From a virus (Duplodnaviria > Caudoviricetes): a stretch of 56,000 nucleotides of DNA. The position numbers were made by a program, and so were the translations under genes. This document shows positions 37,807 to 46,678 of the stretch, one piece after another. The notes below the pieces were generated by a model. It was given only the letters and a program-made list of their open reading frames with translations. It was not told where the DNA came from and made no database searches. The stretch lies in IMG/VR virus record IMGVR_UViG_3300044626_000250, positions 1 through 56,000 of that record; one strand, given 5' to 3'. How positions within the stretch are numbered: the first letter of the stretch is position 1; each line of letters opens with the position of its first letter.

Positions 37807-38864
37807 TACATTCCTTTAATGTTAACTACACCATTTGATTCATAATTCTTTCTGCTCATATTCCAAACATTATTTTCTGTAGCCCATTTAAGATCTTCTA
37901 TGATTTGTTTAACACCTGGATAGGTTCTACCCTTGTGTTCAAATCCAAGATAACACTCTTCCATGTCCTCATCAGATAATGTATATATTAATGGATTCAT
38001 ATAATTTGTGCTGTCACAAACTAAAAACTGTATGTTTTCTACATGATATCCATATAACTCACTCTGCTTATCGCCCATGGTTAGCATCAAAATTGCTCTA
38101 TAATAAAGAAATGCTTGAATATAAGCTCTTCTGTAAAGATAATACTCTTCATAGAAATTTTCAACAGTCCAAGTACATTTTAAATCAATTGGTGTAATCT
38201 TTTTTTCTTCATGATCGATTATCACCTTGTCTAGCATGCTTTTAAACAAATGACCATCCACTGAAAAGCCTTCAATCTTTAACTGATTCAGCACTGTATA
38301 GCGAGGACTATCTACCTGATTAACTATATGACTAGTAACAGAATTGATTTTTAGTTCTTCTACAATCTTCTCAGCCCAGCTAATGTCAGCAACAGTCACA
38401 ACAGTTAGATTTTTACTTCTAACAGTTTTGATTTCATTGTAATACACTTCAGCATCACTTCCAATAAACTTACCTAGTACAGCTTCATATTTAAGCTTAT
38501 ATCCACTTTCTACATAAGCATCTCTAGAGATTTCTTCAAAGGTCCTACTTACATTACCTTGATCATCTGTAGCCATTATTGTGAATCTATATAATGCTTC
38601 AACAAAATCTAGCATCATAGCTGTTGGTGGATTAGCACATGCAGATAGATAAAACTTGTCATCAAACTCTTCTGGTTCTAATAACAAGCAATCAACAATC
38701 TTACCCATATTAATAGCTTGATTCTCTTTTTCTTGTACATCTTCACCAAGAATATATTTTCTATAATATTTCTTTCTATCAAGACTAAAGTCTTTTAGTG
38801 AACTTGAGCTATCAATCATCTTAGCTCTATAATTTGCTTCTGTTTTCGTTTTTCCTGTTATCAT
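37806..38864 (-). CDS. PD-(D/E)xK exonuclease (RecE/ExoVIII-like)
   Basis: SSSSLK, GKIVDCLL, FKSMLDKVIID...PIDLKCT, YIQAFLY. Confidence 0.85.
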   Translation of the reverse strand: MITGKTKTEANYRAKMIDSSSSLKDFSLDRKKYYRKYILGEDVQEKENQAINMGKIVDCLLLEPEEFDDKFYLSACANPPTAMMLDFVEALYRFTIMATDDQGNVSRTFEEISRDAYVESGYKLKYEAVLGKFIGSDAEVYYNEIKTVRSKNLTVVTVADISWAEKIVEELKINSVTSHIVNQVDSPRYTVLNQLKIEGFSVDGHLFKSMLDKVIIDHEEKKITPIDLKCTWTVENFYEEYYLYRRAYIQAFLYYRAILMLTMGDKQSELYGYHVENIQFLVCDSTNYMNPLIYTLSDEDMEECYLGFEHKGRTYPGVKQIIEDLKWATENNVWNMSRKNYESNGVVNIKGM

Positions 38865-39088
38865 AATGTCTGTTTAAATGCTTCTATAATTTGAGGATAG
38901 AGTGCTCTCACCTCTCTTGGTACTCTAGAGAAAAACCATCTTACTTCGCACTCGTATTCTTCTCCATTTGTATCTAGTCCTTGTGGATGCACCAACCAGA
39001 AATAATGTTTCTTGTCTCTATGCTCTACAAAACCTTCACGCCAAACTTCTTGGAAGCTTGGTTCTTTGTTAATTTCTATTCTACTCAT
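38861..39088 (-). CDS. Hypothetical protein
   Basis: 75-aa ORF with ATGA overlap. Confidence 0.6.
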   Translation of the reverse strand: MSRIEINKEPSFQEVWREGFVEHRDKKHYFWLVHPQGLDTNGEEYECEVRWFFSRVPREVRALYPQIIEAFKQTL

Positions 39089-39333
39089 AGCTCTACTTCA
39101 TCAGGAACCCAATCATACCCATATAATTTATAGTCTTTGCCTCCAGGAAATTGACTTGTATAAGTTCTATCTGAAACATAAACTAATTTACTAGTTAACT
39201 CTTCATATGAAAGAGTCATCATATCTCCTTGATATGTCACTTCCATTTTGTCTTTATCAGCTATGCATTTACGCACATCATAATCCTTTAATCTTGCTTG
39301 ACCACTAGGTAAAGTTGTTACATTTTTTCTCAT
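39085..39333 (-). CDS. Hypothetical protein
   Basis: Start at MRKNV (ATGA overlap with the upstream gene) preferred over 39387. Confidence 0.6.
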   Translation of the reverse strand: MRKNVTTLPSGQARLKDYDVRKCIADKDKMEVTYQGDMMTLSYEELTSKLVYVSDRTYTSQFPGGKDYKLYGYDWVPDEVEL

Positions 39334-39521
39334 TTCTTTTCTAATTGAATTATACATCTTTTTAAATAATTTGCCATGTCTAAACATTCCTCATAAGAAT
39401 GTTGTAACCAGCCTTTCAGATCTATGTCTGTTCTTTCAAGTGTTGTATTGTATTTATCAATACCTCTTTTACTTCTTTCTAATAAATCAGCTCTTACAGC
39501 TTCTACAACTTTGTCTGTCAT
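39330..39521 (-). CDS. Small helical protein, MazG-like half domain
   Basis: RSKRGIDKYNTTL...WLQHSYEECLDMANY. Confidence 0.65.
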   Translation of the reverse strand: MTDKVVEAVRADLLERSKRGIDKYNTTLERTDIDLKGWLQHSYEECLDMANYLKRCIIQLEKK

Positions 39522-39919
39522 ATTTTTTTCTTTTTAGATTGTTTTTCTAATTGTGTTTTTGCATTGTGACAGGTTTCACAAAGACATTGTAAATTATCTT
39601 GTTCACAGAACAGTCTCTCTACAAATGATGGAAGATCATTAGCACAAGTAAGTGTTCCTGCTGGTTTTATATGATCTATATTAACTAGCTTCTCAGCAAA
39701 CCAACCCTTACATTTGTTACATTGATATTCAAACTTTTGTCTTTTATTAATTCCTTTATAAGGCCTTCTTGCTGCCATTTTGCAATCTGTTATTGGCTTC
39801 CACCATCTACTCTTTTGTCTAAGACCACTTCTAATGAATGACCAGAATGCACTTTCACTCATTGTTCCTCCATTTCTTGTCTTTTCAACCCTAGACTTTT
39901 TTATCACTTTCTTTGCCAT
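39518..39919 (-). CDS. HNH endonuclease
   Basis: YQCNKC...IDHIKP...NLQCLCETCHNAKT; start MAKKV preferred over 39946. Confidence 0.85.
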   Translation of the reverse strand: MAKKVIKKSRVEKTRNGGTMSESAFWSFIRSGLRQKSRWWKPITDCKMAARRPYKGINKRQKFEYQCNKCKGWFAEKLVNIDHIKPAGTLTCANDLPSFVERLFCEQDNLQCLCETCHNAKTQLEKQSKKKKI

Positions 39920-39935
39920 AATTGTTTTAATTAAA

Positions 39936-39970
39936 ATTCGTCCCAAATTTAATCAAAAAATGGGACGAAT
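39936..39970 (-). promoter_or_regulatory. 10-bp inverted repeat enclosing a TAAATTTG -7 element
   Basis: ATTCGTCCCA-N15-TGGGACGAAT; CAAATTTA at 39944-39951. Confidence 0.55.
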
Positions 39971-39981
39971 AATTAATTTAG

Positions 39982-41544
39982 TTAGTCAATTGTAACAATA
40001 CGATTGCTAATTTCAGATTTCATTTCTTCTAATGAACCAACAATCTTTCTCAATTCTTCAGAAGATAATGTTGGAAGATTAAATTCATGTTTACTAGCTT
40101 CTACAGTGAAACCTTCTTTAGCTTTTTCTGTTAGAGATTCCAATTCGCGAATTGCGTATTGCTCATCTAGCTGTAAGAAATCAAAGCTTCTGTCATTCAT
40201 AATCTGATCTGCTTCTTCAACAGTAGTTAGCATGAATGGAAGATATTCCCAACATCTACCTTTCTCTGTACCAATACCTACCACCTTCATAGGATTATGA
40301 AGAGTCATAACAGTGGTATCACCACAAAGAACATAAGGAGCTGTATAACCTGCAAAGTGTAATCCTGCTGTAGCACAATCTTGTGTAGACCAGTTACAAT
40401 CTTCTTTAGGCATGTTCACCACTTGACCAATTCTGATGTCAAATGTTTTAGTCCAGTTGTCAGTGAATCTATTCTCTTCTCTATTAGGAAGATCTAGATA
40501 AAGCTCTGTTAAGCTACCTATTCTTTGACCATGATCTACAGGCCATTCTTCAGTGTTAGTATATTCTTCTACTTCTCCTGTACCATCACATGTTTCACAA
40601 TCTATCCAACCTTCTGATTCATCATCATAATCAAAACAATCATTATCCCATCCACCTTCACCTAAACAATCAGGACATGTAGTTGTTGTATGAGTTTCTG
40701 TTCTAGTTAGTTTATCAGCATGTACAAGTTTGTATTCTCCATCTTCTAAGAAGATTGTATAATCATCTGGATTCTTCTTCCATACAGCTTTCACCTTGTT
40801 ATAAGCATTGCTCACAAAATATACAAGCTCTGGAGAACCATGTAATGTTACAACGTTACGAAGAGCTACAAAGAATCCTTGTTTAGTGATTTTGAAACTG
40901 TTCTCACTTAAGAATCTATACAATTCATTAGCAACCTCAGCTCTAGGATTCAAACAACACCACATAAAGAATCTCTTAAGAGATATATACTCTTCATCTT
41001 CATTCAATGTTTCTTCAAATGATTTATGATCTGCAGGTAAACTTCCAATTCTATCTACCACCTCAATAAACTTCTCAACAAGTAATTGAGGCATGCTTCT
41101 AGATGTTCCTGCTAGATATACAGAACTTCCTTTTACATCAAAATCAGGAAGATCTGCAAGTAGTTTAATTCCTTTCTTCAAGGCTTGCATCTTTTTCACA
41201 TCAGCTTCGTGTGCTATTCTTTCTTCAGACACTTTAGCTGTTGATATAACAGTGAGCATGTCATCAAATGATTTAGCATTAAGTATTGCATAATAGTCTT
41301 CTTCTGTAGCTTCTGACTTACTCAATACATTACCATTACTTGTAACAACAGTGAGAGTGTCATTTACCAATCTAAGTTTTTTGTACAGAGGCTTTCCTGA
41401 TCTATCTTCAGTGTTAAAATCTTCTCCATCATACTCATCATCTTGGTATTTAATTAAACTTTCTAGCTTACTAGCTACTACTTTCTCAATTGCTCTTTCT
41501 GCAGAGTTTTTGAACCATTCTAAGGACATAAATTTGTTTTTCAT
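39982..41544 (-). CDS. RIIB-like protein with an inserted CxxCxGxG zinc finger
   Basis: CLNP, LYRFL....FKITKQGFFVALRNV, IGQVVNMP, CATAGLH, NPMKVV, GRCWEY; follows RIIA. Confidence 0.8.
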   Translation of the reverse strand: MKNKFMSLEWFKNSAERAIEKVVASKLESLIKYQDDEYDGEDFNTEDRSGKPLYKKLRLVNDTLTVVTSNGNVLSKSEATEEDYYAILNAKSFDDMLTVISTAKVSEERIAHEADVKKMQALKKGIKLLADLPDFDVKGSSVYLAGTSRSMPQLLVEKFIEVVDRIGSLPADHKSFEETLNEDEEYISLKRFFMWCCLNPRAEVANELYRFLSENSFKITKQGFFVALRNVVTLHGSPELVYFVSNAYNKVKAVWKKNPDDYTIFLEDGEYKLVHADKLTRTETHTTTTCPDCLGEGGWDNDCFDYDDESEGWIDCETCDGTGEVEEYTNTEEWPVDHGQRIGSLTELYLDLPNREENRFTDNWTKTFDIRIGQVVNMPKEDCNWSTQDCATAGLHFAGYTAPYVLCGDTTVMTLHNPMKVVGIGTEKGRCWEYLPFMLTTVEEADQIMNDRSFDFLQLDEQYAIRELESLTEKAKEGFTVEASKHEFNLPTLSSEELRKIVGSLEEMKSEISNRIVTID

Positions 41545-41571
41545 TTTTCTATTTATTTAATTGTTAATATG

Positions 41572-41612
41572 TTAAGTTACAAAAAAACAGGGAGACTACC
41601 AAATCTCCCTGT
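41572..41612 (-). terminator. Intrinsic terminator overlapping a TTTG-N20-TAACTTAA promoter-like element
   Basis: ACAGGGAGA/TCTCCCTGT stem with a T-run on the - strand; TTTG sits in the loop. Confidence 0.65.
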
Positions 41613-41618
41613 GTTAAA

Positions 41619-43931
41619 TTAATTTGCCAATTCATCGATTAGCTCTTCTGTTATAGGAGATGCAATCTCCTCATCAAGTTTTAAGTTATATCTATTAAGA
41701 TCTACTTTGAATTTGTAATATTTCATAAGATCTACAATAGAATTAATAACTTCAGTGTTACTAGCATAACCTCCTGTATAAGCCATTAAGGCATTTAAGA
41801 AAGGAAGCTTTTCAAATACATCTTTCATTTCATTATATAAATGATAGATTTCGTGATCAAATAAGTTGTGCTCTTCAGCAACAGTCAACATTGCTGCAAA
41901 CACGTCAGGACTAGAATGTGTATAATGTTTGTATTGATATTTATACAATGCATCTAGTTTATCATGCAAACTCGTACAAACACCATTTAGTTTATTCATA
42001 TTGTTGAAAGTGTTTTTGTATTTGTTTATAAGATTGTAAATCAAATGAGCTGTAACTATTCTCTTAAATGTTTTAGTTTTTCCTTCCATAAATTTGTCAT
42101 AAGTAATTAAATTGTGAATCTCTAAGTCTTTTAGTATGTTCATCTCTCTAGATGAGAAAGTCATGATCTTGAATTTTTGTTTTGCCATGATTTCATACAA
42201 TGGATCTAGTTTTAGATAGTCATCGTGATGAGCATATACAATCAGGTTTGGTTCTCTAGGAACTTCATTCAATTTCTTAGTGACAGGAACAAATTTACAT
42301 TTTCTACCATCGTTGTATCTCTCTAGATCTACACCTATCTTACCTACAATTTCTCCTTGTAATTTAATAATACGTTTACCATTATCATCTACTCTTGAAG
42401 TTGACATTCCTTTAGTTCTTACAGTCTTACGAGCATCAAGCCAAGATTTAGGAATAACAATTTCATCAAGGTTCTTCATTTTACTAATGAACATCTGTTG
42501 AATAGATTGAAACTCTTGTATTCTTTGTCTCCACTGAGTCTTTGGATGTAAACCAAGTTGAAGAATTTCAAAATACGTATTCATTCCTGTAGAAGATCTG
42601 TCTCCTAGTTGGTACGTTTCTTTCTTCTTAACAAAACTATATGTAGGACTTCCCCAAGATTTTGTATTAAGAGTTTCTCTCATATATATACGCTTGTTTG
42701 TTCCAAGAACTCCTGTATACAAATAACATTTTTCATCAGCATTAGAAGTTGTAACCTTTCTATTCCAATAGTTCTTAGCTTCTTTCATCTTATCTCTTTC
42801 TAGAAAATACATAACTTCGTATTCTCCAAAAATATAATCTCTATGTTTATGTAAAAGCTTTAGGTCAAGAAGTTCAATTCCATCAACCTTTGGCTCTTTA
42901 ATTTTCAACACAGAGAATTTCAAAAGATTCTCTATTTCCCAGTCACCATTGCCAATAATCTTAACTGTTTTAGTATAATTAGAATAATAATCAAATACAG
43001 TTTTGATATCTACAGAACTTGTGATTGAATCATTGTATTTTTCAATCATATAATCTGCAAGCTTTGCTATTTTATCAAGAATGATTTGTTTTGATTCTTG
43101 TGTATAACGTAAAGACTCTCTGTTAGGAGTTGGAAACAATCCATCAGTTAAAGAAAACTTAAGACCAATAGGAATGTTTATTCTATCTATACCAAGTTTA
43201 ATGAAATCTATAGGATAGTAGACATTATCTAGACAGATGTGTAATTGTGTTTCTTTAGATAGTTCTGAAAATTGGAATATATCATTTCTATGAATTAGGA
43301 AATCATTATTGATTCCATCTACATTGAAATAAACATTCTCAAAATAAGCAAGCTGCTCATTTATCTTATTTATAAAATCACTTCTATCCTGCCATTTAAC
43401 AGGAACAATAACTTTAACACCATTGTTCTCTGTTGTTGATTGTTCATATAATAGATCAATTGTATTTACATCTTCTCCTTCATACATCATATACTTACGC
43501 TCAACACCATTCTTTCTACATACAAAATAGAAACTAGAAGTGTAGGCAAGAGGGGCCTTGAAACCAAGACCCATCATACCTAATTCTGTGTTACTATCTC
43601 TCTTAGTAGACTTACCATATTTACTGATGATGTTCTTTACATCTTCAGCATCTAGACCAATACCAAAATCTTCAACAGAAAACTCATAGTTATCACTATC
43701 GTTTCTACTAAATGATACTACTATGGGTTTATCCACTCCAACTCTTCTATGACTATCTAGAGCATTACTTGCGCATTCTCTAATAGTTGAGCCTATTGAA
43801 TCTGAATATAGATTCTTACTTAACATCTGCATCAATATTTGTGCAGAATCTAAGTCTAGTGACATTCCAATTGAATCTTGTGATTCTCCTTGTTGTAATA
43901 CGTGTGCTTCTTTTTGTTTTTCTAAAATCAT
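41619..43931 (-). CDS. RIIA-like protein with N-terminal GHKL ATPase domain
   Basis: NLYSD..STIRECASNALDSH, EDFGIGL, YGKSTK, GLGFKAP, PNRESL. Confidence 0.88.
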   Translation of the reverse strand: MILEKQKEAHVLQQGESQDSIGMSLDLDSAQILMQMLSKNLYSDSIGSTIRECASNALDSHRRVGVDKPIVVSFSRNDSDNYEFSVEDFGIGLDAEDVKNIISKYGKSTKRDSNTELGMMGLGFKAPLAYTSSFYFVCRKNGVERKYMMYEGEDVNTIDLLYEQSTTENNGVKVIVPVKWQDRSDFINKINEQLAYFENVYFNVDGINNDFLIHRNDIFQFSELSKETQLHICLDNVYYPIDFIKLGIDRINIPIGLKFSLTDGLFPTPNRESLRYTQESKQIILDKIAKLADYMIEKYNDSITSSVDIKTVFDYYSNYTKTVKIIGNGDWEIENLLKFSVLKIKEPKVDGIELLDLKLLHKHRDYIFGEYEVMYFLERDKMKEAKNYWNRKVTTSNADEKCYLYTGVLGTNKRIYMRETLNTKSWGSPTYSFVKKKETYQLGDRSSTGMNTYFEILQLGLHPKTQWRQRIQEFQSIQQMFISKMKNLDEIVIPKSWLDARKTVRTKGMSTSRVDDNGKRIIKLQGEIVGKIGVDLERYNDGRKCKFVPVTKKLNEVPREPNLIVYAHHDDYLKLDPLYEIMAKQKFKIMTFSSREMNILKDLEIHNLITYDKFMEGKTKTFKRIVTAHLIYNLINKYKNTFNNMNKLNGVCTSLHDKLDALYKYQYKHYTHSSPDVFAAMLTVAEEHNLFDHEIYHLYNEMKDVFEKLPFLNALMAYTGGYASNTEVINSIVDLMKYYKFKVDLNRYNLKLDEEIASPITEELIDELAN

Positions 43932-43948
43932 TGTTCTAAGTTTTAAAA

Positions 43949-44191
43949 TTAATCTACTATTCCTCCTTTATAATAATTCTCAATTGTATTATGTACAGGA
44001 ATAAATTCCTTATAATATCTATTTGCCACTTCTTTATCTACAAAAGAATAATGACATCCATTACAATACTTCAAGCTATTGTTAAGATCATAAAATTTAA
44101 CAAAAGATTCTTCTGTATCTGGCCAATCTTCTGTTCTAATTAGTTTTGATTCTGCTCCTCTATAAGCTGCATTCCAATATTCTATTTTCAT
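43949..44191 (-). CDS. Hypothetical protein
   Basis: 80-aa ORF. Confidence 0.6.
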   Translation of the reverse strand: MKIEYWNAAYRGAESKLIRTEDWPDTEESFVKFYDLNNSLKYCNGCHYSFVDKEVANRYYKEFIPVHNTIENYYKGGIVD

Positions 44192-44203
44192 TGTTCTAAA
44201 TAT

Positions 44204-44482
44204 TTAATTGTTATTTTCTCTTTTTACTAAAAATATATCTCTACCTCCTAAGTATTGATACATTGCATCATTGTGTTTTGTAACATCTTGTTCAAAAATT
44301 CTACTTTTCCATGTCCAAGTACCATTACCTCTTATGTCTCTTCTAAGACTCACTTTAAATGTTGCTCCATCTTTTTTAGAAGGGAGTCTTAACACTTTTA
44401 AGTATTTTAAATCACTATTTGCTGAGATGATTATTTCATCTCCAACTTCTACTTCACTAACTCGTATTAATCTATTTTCCAT
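44204..44482 (-). CDS. Hypothetical SH3/KOW-like protein, paralog of 44482-44823
   Basis: MENR..VSEVEVGDEII...KYLKVL. Confidence 0.65.
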   Translation of the reverse strand: MENRLIRVSEVEVGDEIIISANSDLKYLKVLRLPSKKDGATFKVSLRRDIRGNGTWTWKSRIFEQDVTKHNDAMYQYLGGRDIFLVKRENNN

Positions 44483-44823
44483 TATATTTCTCTTTTAACT
44501 AACCATAATTTTTTAAAATTCAAATCAAATCTCTCAACAGGACTATTTTCTTCAGGAGCTTTAATGTTATATTCCTTAACATCATATGTATATGGAACAA
44601 TACCTTTTACCTTATGGTCATATTTAGTTCCTTGTTTAGAGGTGACATCTACATTCACTTTACATCTTACAGATACATATCTATCTACTCCTGTTCTCCA
44701 TGTCCATCCCACTTTACTCTTTCTAGGAGTTTCTAACACCTTTAAGTATTTACCTTGTTGTGTTAATGTTAGAATTTCATCTCCTGGTTGTAATTCTTCA
44801 ATTGTAATTTCTCTATTTTCCAT
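44482..44823 (-). CDS. Hypothetical SH3/KOW-like protein, paralog of 44204-44482
   Basis: MENR..IEELQPGDEIL...KYLKVL. Confidence 0.65.
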   Translation of the reverse strand: MENREITIEELQPGDEILTLTQQGKYLKVLETPRKSKVGWTWRTGVDRYVSVRCKVNVDVTSKQGTKYDHKVKGIVPYTYDVKEYNIKAPEENSPVERFDLNFKKLWLVKREI

Positions 44824-44835
44824 TGTTTTTAATTG

Positions 44836-45552
44836 TTAAAAGGGCATACCATCTAGCCACGCAATTGTTTCATTGTGGTTTTCCCATATTATTTTATTTA
44901 CTTTTCCAAATGTTCCTTCTGTATCCCAATCCATTCCTCTATAACTTGCAGAAGCTGGATGACTGACAATAAATTGCCATGTAAAAGGAGCACAATACTT
45001 CTTATACTTAGCTGCTTCTTTACCAAAATAAACTGTTGGAACATTTGTTTCATTAATTACATTTTCATATAAATATTTAATGAATGGTTCCCAGACATCT
45101 AAATGACTGCCTGCTTTGTTTATTTCTGTTGTAAGAGCTGCATTAAGCATAAGCACTCCTTGATTAGCTAGATATTGCACATCTGGATTTCTCCACCAAT
45201 CAAGGTTTAACCCATTAAACAATTCTGTTTCTATTCCATAATAGAATTGATCTAATGTTGGTTGTAGTTTTCCTGTTATAGAACAGCCCATTAATAGGCC
45301 ATCAGCTACAGGACTTCCATTGTAGGTAGTGTGATAGGGACATAATCCCATAAGAACAACTTTAAGTTCATCTAGAGGAGTTTCTTTGAAACATCTCCAA
45401 ACAAGTGAAGAAAGAGGGGCAATAGTTTTACCCCTCTTACTGTCAAACTTTAAGCGTTCATATATTTTATCACAATCTTCACTTTCTATGAATGGCCTGA
45501 GTTTCTCATGCCAGCTTTCATGAATCTTGTCTTCAAAACTAGTCCACTTCAT
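44836..45552 (-). CDS. ung: Family-1 uracil-DNA glycosylase-like protein with atypical catalytic motif
   Basis: LKVVLMGLCPYH, ADGL, QGVLMLNAALT, GSH..W, SHPAS. Confidence 0.85.
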   Translation of the reverse strand: MKWTSFEDKIHESWHEKLRPFIESEDCDKIYERLKFDSKRGKTIAPLSSLVWRCFKETPLDELKVVLMGLCPYHTTYNGSPVADGLLMGCSITGKLQPTLDQFYYGIETELFNGLNLDWWRNPDVQYLANQGVLMLNAALTTEINKAGSHLDVWEPFIKYLYENVINETNVPTVYFGKEAAKYKKYCAPFTWQFIVSHPASASYRGMDWDTEGTFGKVNKIIWENHNETIAWLDGMPF

Positions 45553-45718
45553 CTTCTATTAATTGTCTAATTGATTCTTTACATAATTCTATTTCGTGAT
45601 CAGGTGATCCTCCTTCTTCTATTTCATCATGACATAAAGAAACATAGTCCCATATTTCACTAAACTTATCTGGGTGAGAATTCTTGAATCCTCTAGCCCA
45701 TTGTACTAACTCTTCCAT
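45539..45718 (-). CDS. Small acidic hypothetical protein (59 aa)
   Basis: Read manually: MEELVQWARGFK...EIEEGGSPDHEIELC...; TAATG coupling. Confidence 0.7.
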   Translation of the reverse strand: MEELVQWARGFKNSHPDKFSEIWDYVSLCHDEIEEGGSPDHEIELCKESIRQLIEDEVD

Positions 45719-46494
45719 TATACAGGGAATAATTCTAATTGATTAGCAACAGGAAGAGGAAGAATCATTTCTTGTTTCTTACTAACAATGCCAGAAGCTT
45801 GAACAAAGAAACTATGAGCATCTATATGATTATTCATCCATAAGCTTGGGTGAACTTCTTTCATACTAAATGTTGTAAACTGGTAAAGCTCCCATAAACT
45901 ATTAGCTGCACCATAATCATGTGTTGGTTTTTCTAATTCTCTTTTGATTATGTTCATCTGTGTAGATTCAATGAATTGTTCTTCAATAATCATACGACCA
46001 ATTAGTTCAGCTTGAGCTCTTCTATCTAATTCAATAGTTTTCATAACTTCTCTTTCAGCTTGCATATTTTGAAAAGCTTCTCCTGCTCTTTTTATATACT
46101 CTGTAATAGCTTGTGGTGTAAATGTTTGGATTTCTCCTTGGTGTTTCTTTTTGAAAGCACCATAATCACCTGACACACATCCATTCTCACATATAAATAT
46201 CTTAGTTCCAATAGCAAACTTTAATGATAAGCTCTTATCATATGAATTCTGCCAACCAATTTGCAATTGCATTTCTGAATCAGCTACATTTCTAATAGCA
46301 AATTTACCATTAGCAACATTACCATTTCTTGCAGATGAATACAGTTCTGTTTGTAATTCAAAACCTGCTTGATGAATACTCTCTAGTGTAAGATCCATCA
46401 GTTGTGCATGACTCACTGGTTTGTAAGTTCGTGTTTGTTCAGGAAGTTCTGCAGCTAGCAACATTCCTTTTGTTGTTCCATAAGTTGTTTCCAT
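45718..46494 (-). CDS. DUF932/DUF945-like protein
   Basis: YKPVSH, NSYDKS, IFICENG, KKKH, SLWELY. Confidence 0.7.
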   Translation of the reverse strand: METTYGTTKGMLLAAELPEQTRTYKPVSHAQLMDLTLESIHQAGFELQTELYSSARNGNVANGKFAIRNVADSEMQLQIGWQNSYDKSLSLKFAIGTKIFICENGCVSGDYGAFKKKHQGEIQTFTPQAITEYIKRAGEAFQNMQAEREVMKTIELDRRAQAELIGRMIIEEQFIESTQMNIIKRELEKPTHDYGAANSLWELYQFTTFSMKEVHPSLWMNNHIDAHSFFVQASGIVSKKQEMILPLPVANQLELFPV

Positions 46495-46498
46495 TGTT

Positions 46499-46678
46499 TT
46501 ATTGTTTTAAATCCATTTTTCTATTAAAAAATCTACTAAGAATGCCTTCAAGGTTTTCTATACTAATACATTCAGCTTCATCATTGTATGTAGTTAATAA
46601 CCATTCAACATTTTCTTTAATCTGTTCTTCAAGAAGATCTAATTTTTCTTCTTCTTCTAAATCATTGTAATCTCTCAT
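46499..46678 (-). CDS. Small acidic hypothetical protein (59 aa)
   Basis: Read manually: MRDYNDLEEEEKLDLLEEQIKENVEWL...; ATGA overlap with primase. Confidence 0.65.
   Translation of the reverse strand: MRDYNDLEEEEKLDLLEEQIKENVEWLLTTYNDEAECISIENLEGILSRFFNRKMDLKQ

Noticed and set aside
33661-39946. HNH genes as intron- or intein-associated mobile elements
   Set aside because: Both are free-standing ORFs and the neighbouring genes are uninterrupted; no intein signature was seen in PolB, DnaB or RecA.
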